DNA of 64,000 nucleotides from a bacterium. Its GTDB lineage: Bacteria; Bacillota_I; Bacilli_A; RFN20; CAG-826. This document shows, piece by piece, positions 30,646-40,141 of this stretch. Numbering within the stretch: position 1 is the first letter of the stretch; the number at the start of each line of letters is the position of its first letter. Under the pieces are notes generated by a model, which was not told the origin of the DNA, ran no database searches, and was given only the letters and a program-made list of their open reading frames with translations. Location: NCBI GenBank assembly GCA_963651465.1, contig CAVJPS010000010.1, forward strand, positions 52,793 to 116,792. Direction: 5' to 3'. A program made the translations under genes and the position numbers.

Positions 30646-30990
30646 AGTATTCGACCCTATAAGCCATGTTTTGTCTAGGACGACAATTTATCTATGCTTT
30701 CGCATGCTACAAATAGATTCATTTCTCCTTTGCAACCTCCCCTACCAAATTTGGGTTTCTCGCTTGTGGGGTTTACCGCGTTCCACCTCACTCTTTCAAG
30801 TAAGCTACGTCACTGTGGCACTTTCAATATCGCGACCATATCCGAAGACTTAGGTTTAGATATGCCGTTATATGCTCCCATATACCTAGTGTTATTTTTT
30901 CCACTAGCACAATCACTACTATCATCACAGATAGTGCGAGCATGGACTTTCCTCTAATATCAAACGATACCAGCAATCATCCGGGTCGAA
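30646..30990 (-). ncRNA. rnpB: RNase P RNA, type B (Bacillus-type), about 345 nt
   Basis: Minus-strand sequence has near-identical blocks to B. subtilis rnpB: AGAGGAAAGUCCAUGCUCGCAC, GUCUUCGGAUAUGG, GAAAGUGCCACAGUGACG, GUGGAACGCGGUAAACCCC, GAGCGAGAAACCCAAAUUUGGUAGGGGA, ACAAAACAUGGCUUA. P1 helix UUCGACCC/GGGUCGAA. Confidence 0.9.
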
Positions 30991-31124
30991 TGGTTTTAAA
31001 TCCTTAATTATTATAACAAATTAAATCAATAATATATAGTAATCTATTTAATATTTCTTTATAGTAATTAATTAAACTTTTTACATATTAATTTTGTGTT
31101 ATAATATGTTTCGAGGTGTTGACC

Positions 31125-31853
31125 ATGAACTTAATGAAAAAAGCTATTGGTAAGCGTCGTAGTTTATTGTTCCTTGACTTTGAAGGTACTGGAATTTCTC
31201 ATGAAATGATTGCATTCGGTGCAGTAAAAGTTGAATTAGACCATAACTATAATATTCGTCGAATACATAAAGGAATTAAGAAATACGTTATTGCCAAAAA
31301 TCCTATTACATCAATTGTAACAAAGCTAACAGGTATTACCGAAAATAAATTAAAAAACGAAGGTATAAGTTTTAAAGAAGCAATTGAAGAAATTAAAAAA
31401 TATGTCGGAGAAAAGAATTTAGAAAAAACTGTTTTTATGTATTTTGGATCTCATGATTGTAGAATTTTAGCAAAATCGTTAGAAAATTCTCCTGACGCAG
31501 ATGCTTCAATGGTAAAGCTAATGACTCATCATGTAATAGATGTTTCATTAATACTTTCTACTTTTATTCGTGACGATAAAAACAATCCATTAAGTTTAAT
31601 ACATTACCTTGAACTATTTAACGTAAAATTAGTCGGAGAACCTCATGACCCTTTAACAGATGCAAAACATTTAATGCTACTTTATAAGGCAGCTATGAAA
31701 AATAGCGATATTGTTTATAATGAATATTTAAAACTCTTACCTAATAAAAAAGAAATTCCCGAACCAGTAAGAGATATGGTTAAACAATTACTAGGCGGTA
31801 ACGATGTCACTCCAAAAGATTTTGAAAAGAAATTAAAAAAATATATTGGTTAA
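31125..31853 (+). CDS. DEDDh-family 3'-5' exonuclease (DnaQ/KapD-like)
   Basis: Exo I motif LFLDFEGTG, later H-x4-D motif. RBS GAGGTG 6 nt upstream of ATG 31125. The ORF track's GTG/TTG extension overlaps the RBS. Confidence 0.7.
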   Translation: MNLMKKAIGKRRSLLFLDFEGTGISHEMIAFGAVKVELDHNYNIRRIHKGIKKYVIAKNPITSIVTKLTGITENKLKNEGISFKEAIEEIKKYVGEKNLEKTVFMYFGSHDCRILAKSLENSPDADASMVKLMTHHVIDVSLILSTFIRDDKNNPLSLIHYLELFNVKLVGEPHDPLTDAKHLMLLYKAAMKNSDIVYNEYLKLLPNKKEIPEPVRDMVKQLLGGNDVTPKDFEKKLKKYIG

Positions 31854-31865
31854 ATATTATTAAAT

Positions 31866-31891
31866 GGCACTCAAAAAAGTGCCTTTTGTTT
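31866..31891 (+). terminator. Intrinsic terminator after the exonuclease gene
   Basis: GGCACT-CAAAAA-AGTGCC hairpin followed by TTTTGTTTT. Confidence 0.6.
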
Positions 31892-31937
31892 TAGGAAAAA
31901 TTTATTTATATAAGTAATTATTAATAAGAGGTTATAT

Positions 31938-32504
31938 ATGATTAAATTTCCAATTCCTACCAATATTATTCAATCAAAAATCAAAAAACGCTACAAATCA
32001 AATTGCAATAAAGGGTTAGCATTTGAAGATGAAATAAATAACGCAAATAATTATTATAACAATCACAATATTGCACTTATTTATAAAAGACCGACTCCAA
32101 TTCATATTGTTAATGTCGACTATAGCAAAAATATGATTACAAAAGCTTTTTTTGAAAAGCAATCTACTACTGACTATAATGGTATTTACCGAAAAAAATA
32201 CATAGATTTTGAAGCAAAATCAACATATAATTCTTCACTCCCACTTCACAATATAAAAAGCCATCAAATAGATCATCTACGTAAAGTAGAACAATTTGAT
32301 GGCATAGCCTTTTTTATAATTAAAGATTATAGAACTAATGATAGTTATATTTTCCCATTTTCGCTATTTGATACTTTTATAAAGAACAATAGCCGTCAAT
32401 CAATTCCATTCAATTATATAAAAGAAAATGGCGTGATTATCAAAACAAATAATAATATTTTAGATTTTTTGTCTGCTGTTGATGAATTTTATTTTTCTTC
32501 ATAA
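31938..32504 (+). CDS. recU: Holliday junction resolvase RecU
   Basis: N-terminal KGLAFEDEINNANNYY and catalytic IDFEAKS motifs of the RecU family. 188 aa. Confidence 0.85.
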   Translation: MIKFPIPTNIIQSKIKKRYKSNCNKGLAFEDEINNANNYYNNHNIALIYKRPTPIHIVNVDYSKNMITKAFFEKQSTTDYNGIYRKKYIDFEAKSTYNSSLPLHNIKSHQIDHLRKVEQFDGIAFFIIKDYRTNDSYIFPFSLFDTFIKNNSRQSIPFNYIKENGVIIKTNNNILDFLSAVDEFYFSS

Positions 32505-33118
32505 CAACAAAGATTACTTATTTTACAATCGTTACAATTTGGTTTTGTAGCTTTACAAAAATAACGACCAAAATGAATTAATTGATGATGGCATTTAATA
32601 TATTCATCTTCATTTAGTTCTTTACGCATGATATTTTCTATTTCTTCAACAGTAGCGCTCTTTATTACAAACTTTAATCTTTTACAAATTCTTGCAACGT
32701 GAGTATCAACAGGAAATTCTGGCTCTTTAAATAATTCAATTCTAACTACATTTGCAGTTTTATTTCCTACTCCTGGTAAAGACATTAATTCTTTTTTTGT
32801 AGAAGGAACTTTCCCGTCAAATCTATTTAATAAATCAATTGAAATTTGTTTAACATTTTTGGCTTTTACTTTATATAAGCCAAGAGGCATTATTATTTCT
32901 TCTAAATCTTTTAAAGATGCATTTGATAAATCTTCAAGCGATTTATAGCGTAGAAATAAAACATCAGTAACTTTATTAACTTTTTTATCAGTTGTTTGTG
33001 CACTTAACATTACCGCAATTAAAAAAGAATAATCGGATGTATAAGTTAATTCACAACCAGCATCTGGATATAATTCATTTAAATAATTAAATATTCTTTT
33101 CTTATTATTAATTTCCAT
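32489..33118 (-). CDS. nth: Endonuclease III
   Basis: HhH-GPD motif (LPGVGNKTANVV), C-terminal [4Fe-4S] ligands C-x6-C-x2-C-x5-C. 209 aa. Confidence 0.9.
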   Translation of the reverse strand: MEINNKKRIFNYLNELYPDAGCELTYTSDYSFLIAVMLSAQTTDKKVNKVTDVLFLRYKSLEDLSNASLKDLEEIIMPLGLYKVKAKNVKQISIDLLNRFDGKVPSTKKELMSLPGVGNKTANVVRIELFKEPEFPVDTHVARICKRLKFVIKSATVEEIENIMRKELNEDEYIKCHHQLIHFGRYFCKATKPNCNDCKISNLCCYEEK

Positions 33119-33769
33119 TTATTTATCCCAATTTTTATTGTTAATAGAATCGATTGTGTCCTCAATGTTTTTATGATAAGTTCCGTTAGTTGCAGTATAA
33201 CCTTCTTTAGCTATATCATTTCTTGCAGCTTTTTTTTGTAAGATTTTATCAACAGCAGTAATAGTACGCTTGTTATTGCTTAATGCTTCATTAAAAGAAG
33301 AAGTAATCATGTCATATGTATATCCATATTTAATCCAATCATGTATACGCTCTTTTTCAAGAGGTGTTAAATTACGGCCTAATTCAGTTTGAAATTTGTC
33401 CATTATTTGTTTAATTAATTCTCTTGTATTATCTTGTTCAATAATTTGTTTTTGTTCTAAAATATCAATTTGTAATTCACGAATAATTCTTTCTTTAAGT
33501 GGTTTTAAACTAGTAGTTAAATGCTCACCTTTATCAACATATTCAAGATAATTCTTTTCAACAAGGTGCACTAAAATCTTGTCAATTTCTTTAATTGAAA
33601 GTGACATTTTTAAGGAAAGAGTATCAGCAGTAACAAAATTATTACCTTCTTCTAACAAATGATTCATAACTAAAATAACAGCTAATTCATTTTCTGTTAA
33701 ATTTAATAATTTGTATTTTTCGATTAATGCGTAATCGAAATTAATTGATCCTTTTAAAACATTATACAT
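33119..33769 (-). CDS. dnaD: DnaD-domain replication initiation/membrane attachment protein
   Basis: DnaB_2/DnaD C-terminal motif (LTPLEKERIHDWIKYGY). dnaD-nth adjacency as in Bacillus. 216 aa. Confidence 0.75.
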   Translation of the reverse strand: MYNVLKGSINFDYALIEKYKLLNLTENELAVILVMNHLLEEGNNFVTADTLSLKMSLSIKEIDKILVHLVEKNYLEYVDKGEHLTTSLKPLKERIIRELQIDILEQKQIIEQDNTRELIKQIMDKFQTELGRNLTPLEKERIHDWIKYGYTYDMITSSFNEALSNNKRTITAVDKILQKKAARNDIAKEGYTATNGTYHKNIEDTIDSINNKNWDK

Positions 33770-33797
33770 ATCTAATCACCTTTTTTATTATACAATA

Positions 33798-34463
33798 TTA
33801 ATCTATACTTACGCCTAAATAATTTAATATAATTTTTCCTTTTTCTTTATCAATTTGTAATATTTTATCTACTTCTATTTTGATTTTAGAAGGATTTAGT
33901 TTTTCTAGTAGATAACTTTCTTCTTCTATTGCAACTTGTAATTCTCTATCAAGTCTAAAATCAAGAAGTAACATAAAACGAATTGCTCTTAAAATTCTTA
34001 AAGGATCTTCAATAATACGAAGTGTTGGATTGCCAATCATTCGAATTATATGATTATGCAAATCTAATAAACCATTATCAAAATCATAAACTTGTTCATC
34101 TTTATTAATATAAATAGCATTAATTGTAAAATCACGTCTTGTAAAATCTTCCTCCGGTTTATTTACAAATATAACTTTAGTAGGATGTCTAAAATCTTTA
34201 TATTCTTCTTCTTTACGTAATGTTGTAATTTCAAATTTTTCTCCTTCAAATTTGAAATTAACATTTCCATATTTTTCAAACGTATAATCTGCGTCAGGTA
34301 AAAACATCTTAATATCATTTGGAGTAGCATTGGTAGTACAATCAAATTCATCAAAATCGCGGCCTAAAATGTAGTCGCGTGATGAACCACCAACTAAATA
34401 TAAATCAAATCCATTTTCAAAAAATGTTTGTGCAACCCTTTTAAACTTGTCTAATGTTTTCAT
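33798..34463 (-). CDS. cca: Class II nucleotidyltransferase (CCA-adding enzyme head plus neck only, 221 aa)
   Basis: GGSSRDY, DxD, TLRKE.EY, RRDFTINA and IEDPLRILRAIRF motifs in the order of B. subtilis CCA residues 1-200. No body/tail domains. Gene is bounded 28 nt downstream by dnaD. Confidence 0.65.
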   Translation of the reverse strand: MKTLDKFKRVAQTFFENGFDLYLVGGSSRDYILGRDFDEFDCTTNATPNDIKMFLPDADYTFEKYGNVNFKFEGEKFEITTLRKEEEYKDFRHPTKVIFVNKPEEDFTRRDFTINAIYINKDEQVYDFDNGLLDLHNHIIRMIGNPTLRIIEDPLRILRAIRFMLLLDFRLDRELQVAIEEESYLLEKLNPSKIKIEVDKILQIDKEKGKIILNYLGVSID

Positions 34464-34511
34464 TTAAAACACCCCTTACATATATAATATTATTAATTTT
34501 GTATTCTAAAA

Positions 34512-34540
34512 AGCAAAAAAAAAGAAGATTATTCATCTTC
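34512..34540 (-). terminator. Intrinsic terminator of hup (stop codon lies in the loop)
   Basis: GAAGAT-TATTCA-TCTTC hairpin followed by a T9 run on the minus strand. Confidence 0.6.
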
Positions 34541-34813
34541 CCCATTTAATCTTGCTTTTAAAGTTTTGGAAGGTTTAAATGTAAAAGCTTTTGTTTCAGG
34601 AATAACCATCTCAGTATGAGTATTTGGATCAATTCCTTTACGAGCTGGTTTAACCTTAACACATATGTTACCGAAACCTGAAATTTTTACATCTTCGTTA
34701 TTCATTAATGATTCTTCAATACAATTAAAGAAGGTTTCAACTATTTCACTAGCATCTTTTTTTGTTAATTTGCATTCAATTGCTAGTTTTTCTATCAAAT
34801 CAACTTTATTCAT
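34529..34813 (-). CDS. hup: DNA-binding protein HU
   Basis: MNKVDLIEKLA..., arm motif GFGNF-like, RNPKTGE-like KGIDPNTHTEM. 94 aa. Confidence 0.9.
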   Translation of the reverse strand: MNKVDLIEKLAIECKLTKKDASEIVETFFNCIEESLMNNEDVKISGFGNICVKVKPARKGIDPNTHTEMVIPETKAFTFKPSKTLKARLNGEDE

Positions 34814-34963
34814 AATTTATTTACCCCCTTTAATGCTATCTAAAAGATACCATATTAAAAGATTAATATCAATAAAAATTGATAATTTTCTTCATTTTAC
34901 AATTTTGAAAAAAAACACGATATTATGGTTGTTTTTCTAATTTGATTGTTACTTAATATCGTT

Positions 34964-35971
34964 CTACTCTTTCTCACCTTTTAAAGGAGCTGTTACTAAA
35001 TCATAAATTAATTTAGAAGGCTTGTATCCTTCAAATAAAGTTTTATACATTGAATCAACAATCGGCATATAAATATTATGCTTTTTTGCAATGTCGTGAA
35101 TAACTTTAGTTGTTCTAATACCTTCAGTTGTTTCGTGATTATTCTTTAAAAAATTATCAGCACAATCGTCTTTACCAATTGCAACACCAGCTCTAAAATT
35201 ACGAGAATGATGTGAATTACAAGTAACCATAAGATCACCTAAACCTGCAAGTCCCATAAATGTATCTCTTTTACCACCAAAGAAGGTGCCAAAACGAACC
35301 ATTTCATGTAAGCCACGAGTAACTAAAGCAGCTCTTGCGTTATCACCATAACCAAGGCCTTCTAAAATACCACTTGCAATAGCAATTGAGTTTTTAATTG
35401 CAACGCCTATTTCTGCACCAATTTCATCGGTATTTGTATATACTCTTAAATAATGATTAGAGAAAATTTTTTGAACATCTTCTGCATCTTTTAAATTTAA
35501 AGATGTAGATGTAATTGCGGTAAGTTTACGAATAATTACTTCTTCAGCGTGTCCTGGGCCAATTAACGAAACTAGTCCACCAAGTTTAGTAGTAGGAATA
35601 ACTTCTCTAATTAATTCAGATATTCTTTTATTTGTTGAAGGATCAAATCCTTTTGCAGCATTAATAAATACTTTTTTATCGTCTATTACTGATTCAATTT
35701 TTACTAAGACATCTCTCATAGCATTTGTTGGAACAACTAATAAAACATATGAAGCATTCTTAAGAACTTCTTCATAAGAATCACTAGCAACAATATTAGA
35801 ATTTAATTTAATTTCATTATTAAAATATCTTGTATTTGTATGACAAGAATTAATTTCTACTATTTGTTCTTTATTTTTTGCTAATAAATTTACACCATAG
35901 CCATTATCAGCAGCAACTTGTGCAAGTGCAGTCCCCCAGGTACCCGCACCAATAATAGCAATTTTTATCAT
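34964..35971 (-). CDS. gpsA: NAD(P)H-dependent glycerol-3-phosphate dehydrogenase
   Basis: IAIIGAGTWGTALA Rossmann motif. ATG at 35971 has RBS GAGGAAA and forms an ATGA overlap with the der stop. The ORF-track TTG extension is unsupported. Confidence 0.9.
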   Translation of the reverse strand: MIKIAIIGAGTWGTALAQVAADNGYGVNLLAKNKEQIVEINSCHTNTRYFNNEIKLNSNIVASDSYEEVLKNASYVLLVVPTNAMRDVLVKIESVIDDKKVFINAAKGFDPSTNKRISELIREVIPTTKLGGLVSLIGPGHAEEVIIRKLTAITSTSLNLKDAEDVQKIFSNHYLRVYTNTDEIGAEIGVAIKNSIAIASGILEGLGYGDNARAALVTRGLHEMVRFGTFFGGKRDTFMGLAGLGDLMVTCNSHHSRNFRAGVAIGKDDCADNFLKNNHETTEGIRTTKVIHDIAKKHNIYMPIVDSMYKTLFEGYKPSKLIYDLVTAPLKGEKE

Positions 35972-37281
35972 ATAGTTTTTCCTCGACAAATAATTTTAAT
36001 CGGTGAACCTTCAAATTCAAAAGCGTCTCTAAACTTATTTTCAATATAACGTTCATAAGAGAAATGCATAAATTGAGGATCATTAACAAATAAAACAAAT
36101 GTTGGAGGACAAACAGCTACTTGATTAACAAAATATATTTTTAAACGTCCACCATTAAATTGTGGCGTTGGGTTCATTGTTTGAGCTTCTTGTACAATTT
36201 GATTTAATACAGAAGTTGAAACATGCATATTATATGCATCATACGCAACATCAATTGCTTGGAATATAGTATTGATTCTTGATTTTTCTAATGCACTAAC
36301 ATAAACAATTGGTGCATAATCTAAGAATTTGAATTCATTTCTAATTTTCTTAGTAAATTCATTCATGGTATTTTGGTCTTTCTTAACTGTATCCCATTTA
36401 TTAACAACAATAATAACAGCTTTATTTGCTTCAACAGCGTATCCAAAAACATGCTTATCTTGTTCACGAATACCAGTTTCAGCATCAATAACTAATAAAA
36501 CAATATCACTACGATCGATAGCACTTAATGCACGTAAAGCAGCATATTTGTCTACAGCTTCATAAATTTTTCCACGTTTTTTAAGACCAGCTGTATCAAT
36601 AACAATATAATCACGATTTTCTCTTCTAAAAGGAGTATCAATTGTATCTCTAGTAGTACCTTCAATATTTGAAACAATAACACGTGATTGATTTAAAATT
36701 GCATTAACAAGCGATGATTTACCAACATTTGGCCTACCGATTAAAGAGAAACAAATTTTGCCATCGTATTCTTTAATATTTGAATTATTTAGGTGTTTAA
36801 TTGCTTCATCTAAAACATCACCAATACCAATACCATGAACACCAGAAACAGGAATAGGATTTCCTAAACCTAATTGATAAAATTCATGAATATCATAAAT
36901 TTTTGAACCATCATCAATCTTGTTAACTGCAAGAATTACAGGTTTTTTAGATTGGCGAAGTAATTTTGTAACCATACGATCATCACGAGTAATTCCAAGT
37001 TTTCCGTCGACAACAAAAATAATTACATCAGCTTCATCTAATGCAATTTCAACTTGTGCACGAATTTGTTCTTGGAATGGTGTATTTTCAATTTCAACAC
37101 CACCAGTATCAATTAATCGAAATTCTTTAGTTAACCATGTACCGTGTGCATAAATACGATCACGAGTAACACCTGGTTGATCATCAATAATTGATTTACG
37201 TTCACCGATTATTCTATTAAAAATAGTAGACTTACCAACGTTTGGTGAACCGACTATAGCAATAGTTCCAGTAATAGCCAT
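35968..37281 (-). CDS. der: Ribosome biogenesis GTPase Der (EngA), tandem GTPase domains plus KH
   Basis: Two G domains (GSPNVGKST; GRPNVGKSS). 437 aa. Confidence 0.9.
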   Translation of the reverse strand: MAITGTIAIVGSPNVGKSTIFNRIIGERKSIIDDQPGVTRDRIYAHGTWLTKEFRLIDTGGVEIENTPFQEQIRAQVEIALDEADVIIFVVDGKLGITRDDRMVTKLLRQSKKPVILAVNKIDDGSKIYDIHEFYQLGLGNPIPVSGVHGIGIGDVLDEAIKHLNNSNIKEYDGKICFSLIGRPNVGKSSLVNAILNQSRVIVSNIEGTTRDTIDTPFRRENRDYIVIDTAGLKKRGKIYEAVDKYAALRALSAIDRSDIVLLVIDAETGIREQDKHVFGYAVEANKAVIIVVNKWDTVKKDQNTMNEFTKKIRNEFKFLDYAPIVYVSALEKSRINTIFQAIDVAYDAYNMHVSTSVLNQIVQEAQTMNPTPQFNGGRLKIYFVNQVAVCPPTFVLFVNDPQFMHFSYERYIENKFRDAFEFEGSPIKIICRGKTI

Positions 37282-37284
37282 AAA

Positions 37285-37950
37285 TTAATCACCTAATTTC
37301 TCATGAACGATTTCAATAACACGATTTGTTACTTCTTCAATTTGCATATTAGAAGTATCGATTAAAATTGAATCTTCTGCTTGCTTTAAAGGAGCAAAAT
37401 CACGATGTGAATCAATATAATCTCTCTTCTTTAAGTTTTCTTCAATATCTTCTAATTCACATAAGATACCTTTATTCATATTTTCTTCATAACGACGAAT
37501 AGCTCTTGTGTGAACTGACGCAACTTGGAAAATTTTAACTTCTGCATTTGGTAAAACATAAGTACCAATATCACGTCCATCCATAACAACGGAAGCTTTC
37601 TTTGCCATTGCTCTTTGTAATTCAACTAATTGTAAACGAACATCTTTATAAGAAGCGATGTAAGAAACATTATCTGCTACTTCTTGTGAACGAATTTCAC
37701 GAGTAACATCTACATTATTACAGTAAACATGACCATCAGGTTCTAGACTAATTTCAATTTCTGGCATTAAAGCAATAACTTTTGATTCATCAGTACAATT
37801 AATACCTTTTGATAAAGCATACCATGTAACACAACGATACATAGCACCTGTATCAATGTAAGTAAAACCGAGTTTCTTTGCAACAAGTTTAGCAATAGTA
37901 GATTTTCCAGCAGCAGCAGGTCCATCAATAGCAACAGCAATATTTTTCAT
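37285..37950 (-). CDS. cmk: Cytidylate kinase
   Basis: IAVDGPAAAGKST P-loop. 221 aa. cmk-der-gpsA order as in Bacillus. Confidence 0.9.
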   Translation of the reverse strand: MKNIAVAIDGPAAAGKSTIAKLVAKKLGFTYIDTGAMYRCVTWYALSKGINCTDESKVIALMPEIEISLEPDGHVYCNNVDVTREIRSQEVADNVSYIASYKDVRLQLVELQRAMAKKASVVMDGRDIGTYVLPNAEVKIFQVASVHTRAIRRYEENMNKGILCELEDIEENLKKRDYIDSHRDFAPLKQAEDSILIDTSNMQIEEVTNRVIEIVHEKLGD

Positions 37951-38138
37951 AAATAGCCTCCGTAAGTATTTCCTTTCTTATTTTATAAGAAATCGCATAT
38001 AAATGCCACAAGAAAAAAAGATTTTATTATAGTATTTTGCATAGTTTTATTGATATATACGAAAACTTTAATAAAAGGTGCATTGAATTTTTTTAAATTT
38101 ATATATATAATAAAGGCAGTCAAAGGGGGAACTACACT

Positions 38139-38333
38139 ATGGCAAAAAAGGTCTCTGTTGATAAGAGCGTTTGCATTGGTTGCGGTTTATGTAATGCTAC
38201 ATGTCCTTCAGTTTTCGAAATTGATGATGACGGTTTAGCAAAAGCTGTTGTTGAAACAGTTGAAGGTGCTGATGAAGCAGCAACTGAAGACGCTGCAGCA
38301 AACTGCCCAGTACAAGCAATTGTAGCTGAGTAA
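38139..38333 (+). CDS. fer: Small single-cluster [4Fe-4S] ferredoxin
   Basis: CIGCGLCNATCP ... CP cysteine pattern, acidic body. 64 aa. RBS AAAGGGGGAA. Confidence 0.85.
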   Translation: MAKKVSVDKSVCIGCGLCNATCPSVFEIDDDGLAKAVVETVEGADEAATEDAAANCPVQAIVAE

Positions 38334-38385
38334 TCACTTCATCTTGTGAAGTGAAAAGGTAATCTAATTTACCTTTATTTTCGAT

Positions 38386-38423
38386 TAAAAAAAGCACGAT
38401 TATTTCGTGCTTTTTCTTTTTTT
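38386..38423. terminator. Bidirectional intrinsic terminator between fer and the ribU-like gene
   Basis: AAGCACGA-TTATT-TCGTGCTT hairpin flanked by A6 and T-rich runs. Confidence 0.65.
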
Positions 38424-39123
38424 ATAATTTTGCTTTTTCTAGTAAATGTCTTAGTGGCTTATACACCAGTAATGTAATACCAACTATTAAGATGTTTTTA
38501 ATAACATTGAATGGTAAAATTGCATTTATTAAAAGTGACTTCATATCAGTAACTTTTAATTTAGAGAACATACTACAAATTGCATTCATATCAATATGGA
38601 ATAATTTTAAATAAAAATCAATCATAAATAAGCCATTAAATAAGATTGCAATAATAATTTCTGCAACAAATCCAACAGAAACTCCAACTATACATCCTTT
38701 AAATGAACGATGTTTTTTATAAATAATTGCTGCTGGAATAATAAAAGCGCAGCTATAAATTAAATCAGATAATTCACCAATACAAAGAGTTTTACTAAAT
38801 GGTAATTTGACTAATGTTTTAATTAAAATTACAAAAAATGACGTTAAGGGACCATAGCCGAACCCAGCAATTAAAGATGGTATGTCATCAAAGTGGAATT
38901 CTAAGAAACCAAATATAGGTAATTTTAATTGTAATCCTGGTACAACATATAGGATTGTAGCAAGTGCTCCAAAGATAGCAACGCGAGCCATCATTTTAAG
39001 AATTATATTTTTTTTATTTACTGGTTCTATGCTTTCTTCATCGTAATCATTAGAGCTTTCGTTATTTTCATGGATGTTAGGTAATTCTTTTTCATCTTTA
39101 TTTTTTTCTAGATTATCGACCAT
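38422..39123 (-). CDS. ribU: ECF-transporter substrate-specific (S) component, probable riboflavin transporter RibU
   Basis: Polytopic membrane protein resembling ECF S-components. Directly preceded by an FMN riboswitch. 233 aa. RBS GGAGG. Confidence 0.7.
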   Translation of the reverse strand: MVDNLEKNKDEKELPNIHENNESSNDYDEESIEPVNKKNIILKMMARVAIFGALATILYVVPGLQLKLPIFGFLEFHFDDIPSLIAGFGYGPLTSFFVILIKTLVKLPFSKTLCIGELSDLIYSCAFIIPAAIIYKKHRSFKGCIVGVSVGFVAEIIIAILFNGLFMIDFYLKLFHIDMNAICSMFSKLKVTDMKSLLINAILPFNVIKNILIVGITLLVYKPLRHLLEKAKL

Positions 39124-39140
39124 AAAAAAATACCTCCTTT

Positions 39141-39315
39141 AAAATAAAAAAGACCTGTTTTCAATAGGTCTTACAATAACAAATTATATTAATGGGTTAT
39201 TGTTTTCTTTCATCCAGACTTTACTGTCGCTTCTAGAATTTCACTAGATCATGCTTTTTAATAAGCTCGTGGAGTTTACCACCGATTGGGAATTTCACCC
39301 GACCCTGAAAACAAT
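39141..39315 (-). promoter_or_regulatory. FMN riboswitch (RFN element) with terminator-type expression platform
   Basis: Minus-strand aptamer (about 39201-39312) contains GGGUCGGGUGAAAUUCCCAAUCGGUGGUAAACUCCACGAGC ... GUGAAAUUCUAGAAGCGACAGUAAAGUCUGGAUGAAAGAA, matching the RFN consensus. P1 UGUUUUC/GAAAACA. Downstream terminator AGACCU-AUUGAAAAC-AGGUCU plus U-run (39141-39172) lies immediately before the ribU RBS. Confidence 0.85.
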
Positions 39316-39338
39316 ATTATTATATCATTCTTTTATTA

Positions 39339-40088
39339 TTAATCCATTCTTTTAATAAAAATATTTTTAGCTTTTTCGTGTTCACATAAAACTTTAATGC
39401 GTTTTACTTCTTCACTAGTTAAAAGACGATATTCTCCTCTTTTTAAATTTTCTAATTTTAAGAATCCAATTGATATACGAGTTAATGCTAATACTTTAAT
39501 ATCAAAATATTCAAACATGCGACGAACTTGACGATTGCGTCCTTCATGAATTGTAACACTTACATTTCCATTTTCGTGAATATAAACACTACAAGGAGCA
39601 GTATAACCATCCTCAAGTTTAATGCCTTTTTCCATTTCAATTTTTTCTTCATTAGTTAAAGGGCGAGATATTTTAGCAACATATGTTTTATTCAAATGAC
39701 TAGATGGATGAGTCATTAAATTTGCTAATTCACCATCATTAGTCATTACTAAAAGTCCTGAAGTATTAAAATCTAATCTACCTACAGGATAAAGTCTTTC
39801 TTTTTTATCTTTAAAATAATCTACCACTGTTGGTCTACCACGATCGTCTTTAACAGTACATAAAACACCTAAAGGCTTATTAAATAAATACGAAACGCCA
39901 TTTTGTTTATATATTTTTTTATCATCAATCATGATTTCGGCGTTTTCGTTAACTTTACTACCTAAAGAAGTAACGACTAGTCCATTTACTTTAACACGAC
40001 CAGCTAAAATTAATTCTTCAGCTTTACGACGTGAAGTAAAGCCAGTATCTGCTATTGCTTTTTGTAAACGAATTAATTCTTTTTCCAC
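39339..40088 (-). CDS. rluB: 23S rRNA pseudouridine synthase (RsuA/RluB family) with S4 domain
   Basis: S4 domain then PLGVLCT...GRLD catalytic motif. Start reassigned to GTG at 40088 with RBS AAAGGAGGA 6 nt upstream. The ORF-track ATG at 40121 has no SD. Confidence 0.8.
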   Translation of the reverse strand: MEKELIRLQKAIADTGFTSRRKAEELILAGRVKVNGLVVTSLGSKVNENAEIMIDDKKIYKQNGVSYLFNKPLGVLCTVKDDRGRPTVVDYFKDKKERLYPVGRLDFNTSGLLVMTNDGELANLMTHPSSHLNKTYVAKISRPLTNEEKIEMEKGIKLEDGYTAPCSVYIHENGNVSVTIHEGRNRQVRRMFEYFDIKVLALTRISIGFLKLENLKRGEYRLLTSEEVKRIKVLCEHEKAKNIFIKRMD

Positions 40089-40141
40089 ACTTATTCCTCC
40101 TTTAAGTAAATAAAGTTCCATATTTAAATGGAACTTATTAT

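Noticed and set aside
30671-30957. Two plus-strand ORFs (60 and 87 aa) in the ORF track
   Set aside because: They lie entirely within the minus-strand RNase P RNA gene. They have no RBS and are artefacts of a structured RNA.
38197-38397. 66-aa minus-strand ORF antisense to the ferredoxin gene
   Set aside because: Gln/Leu-rich antisense translation of fer codons. No SD.
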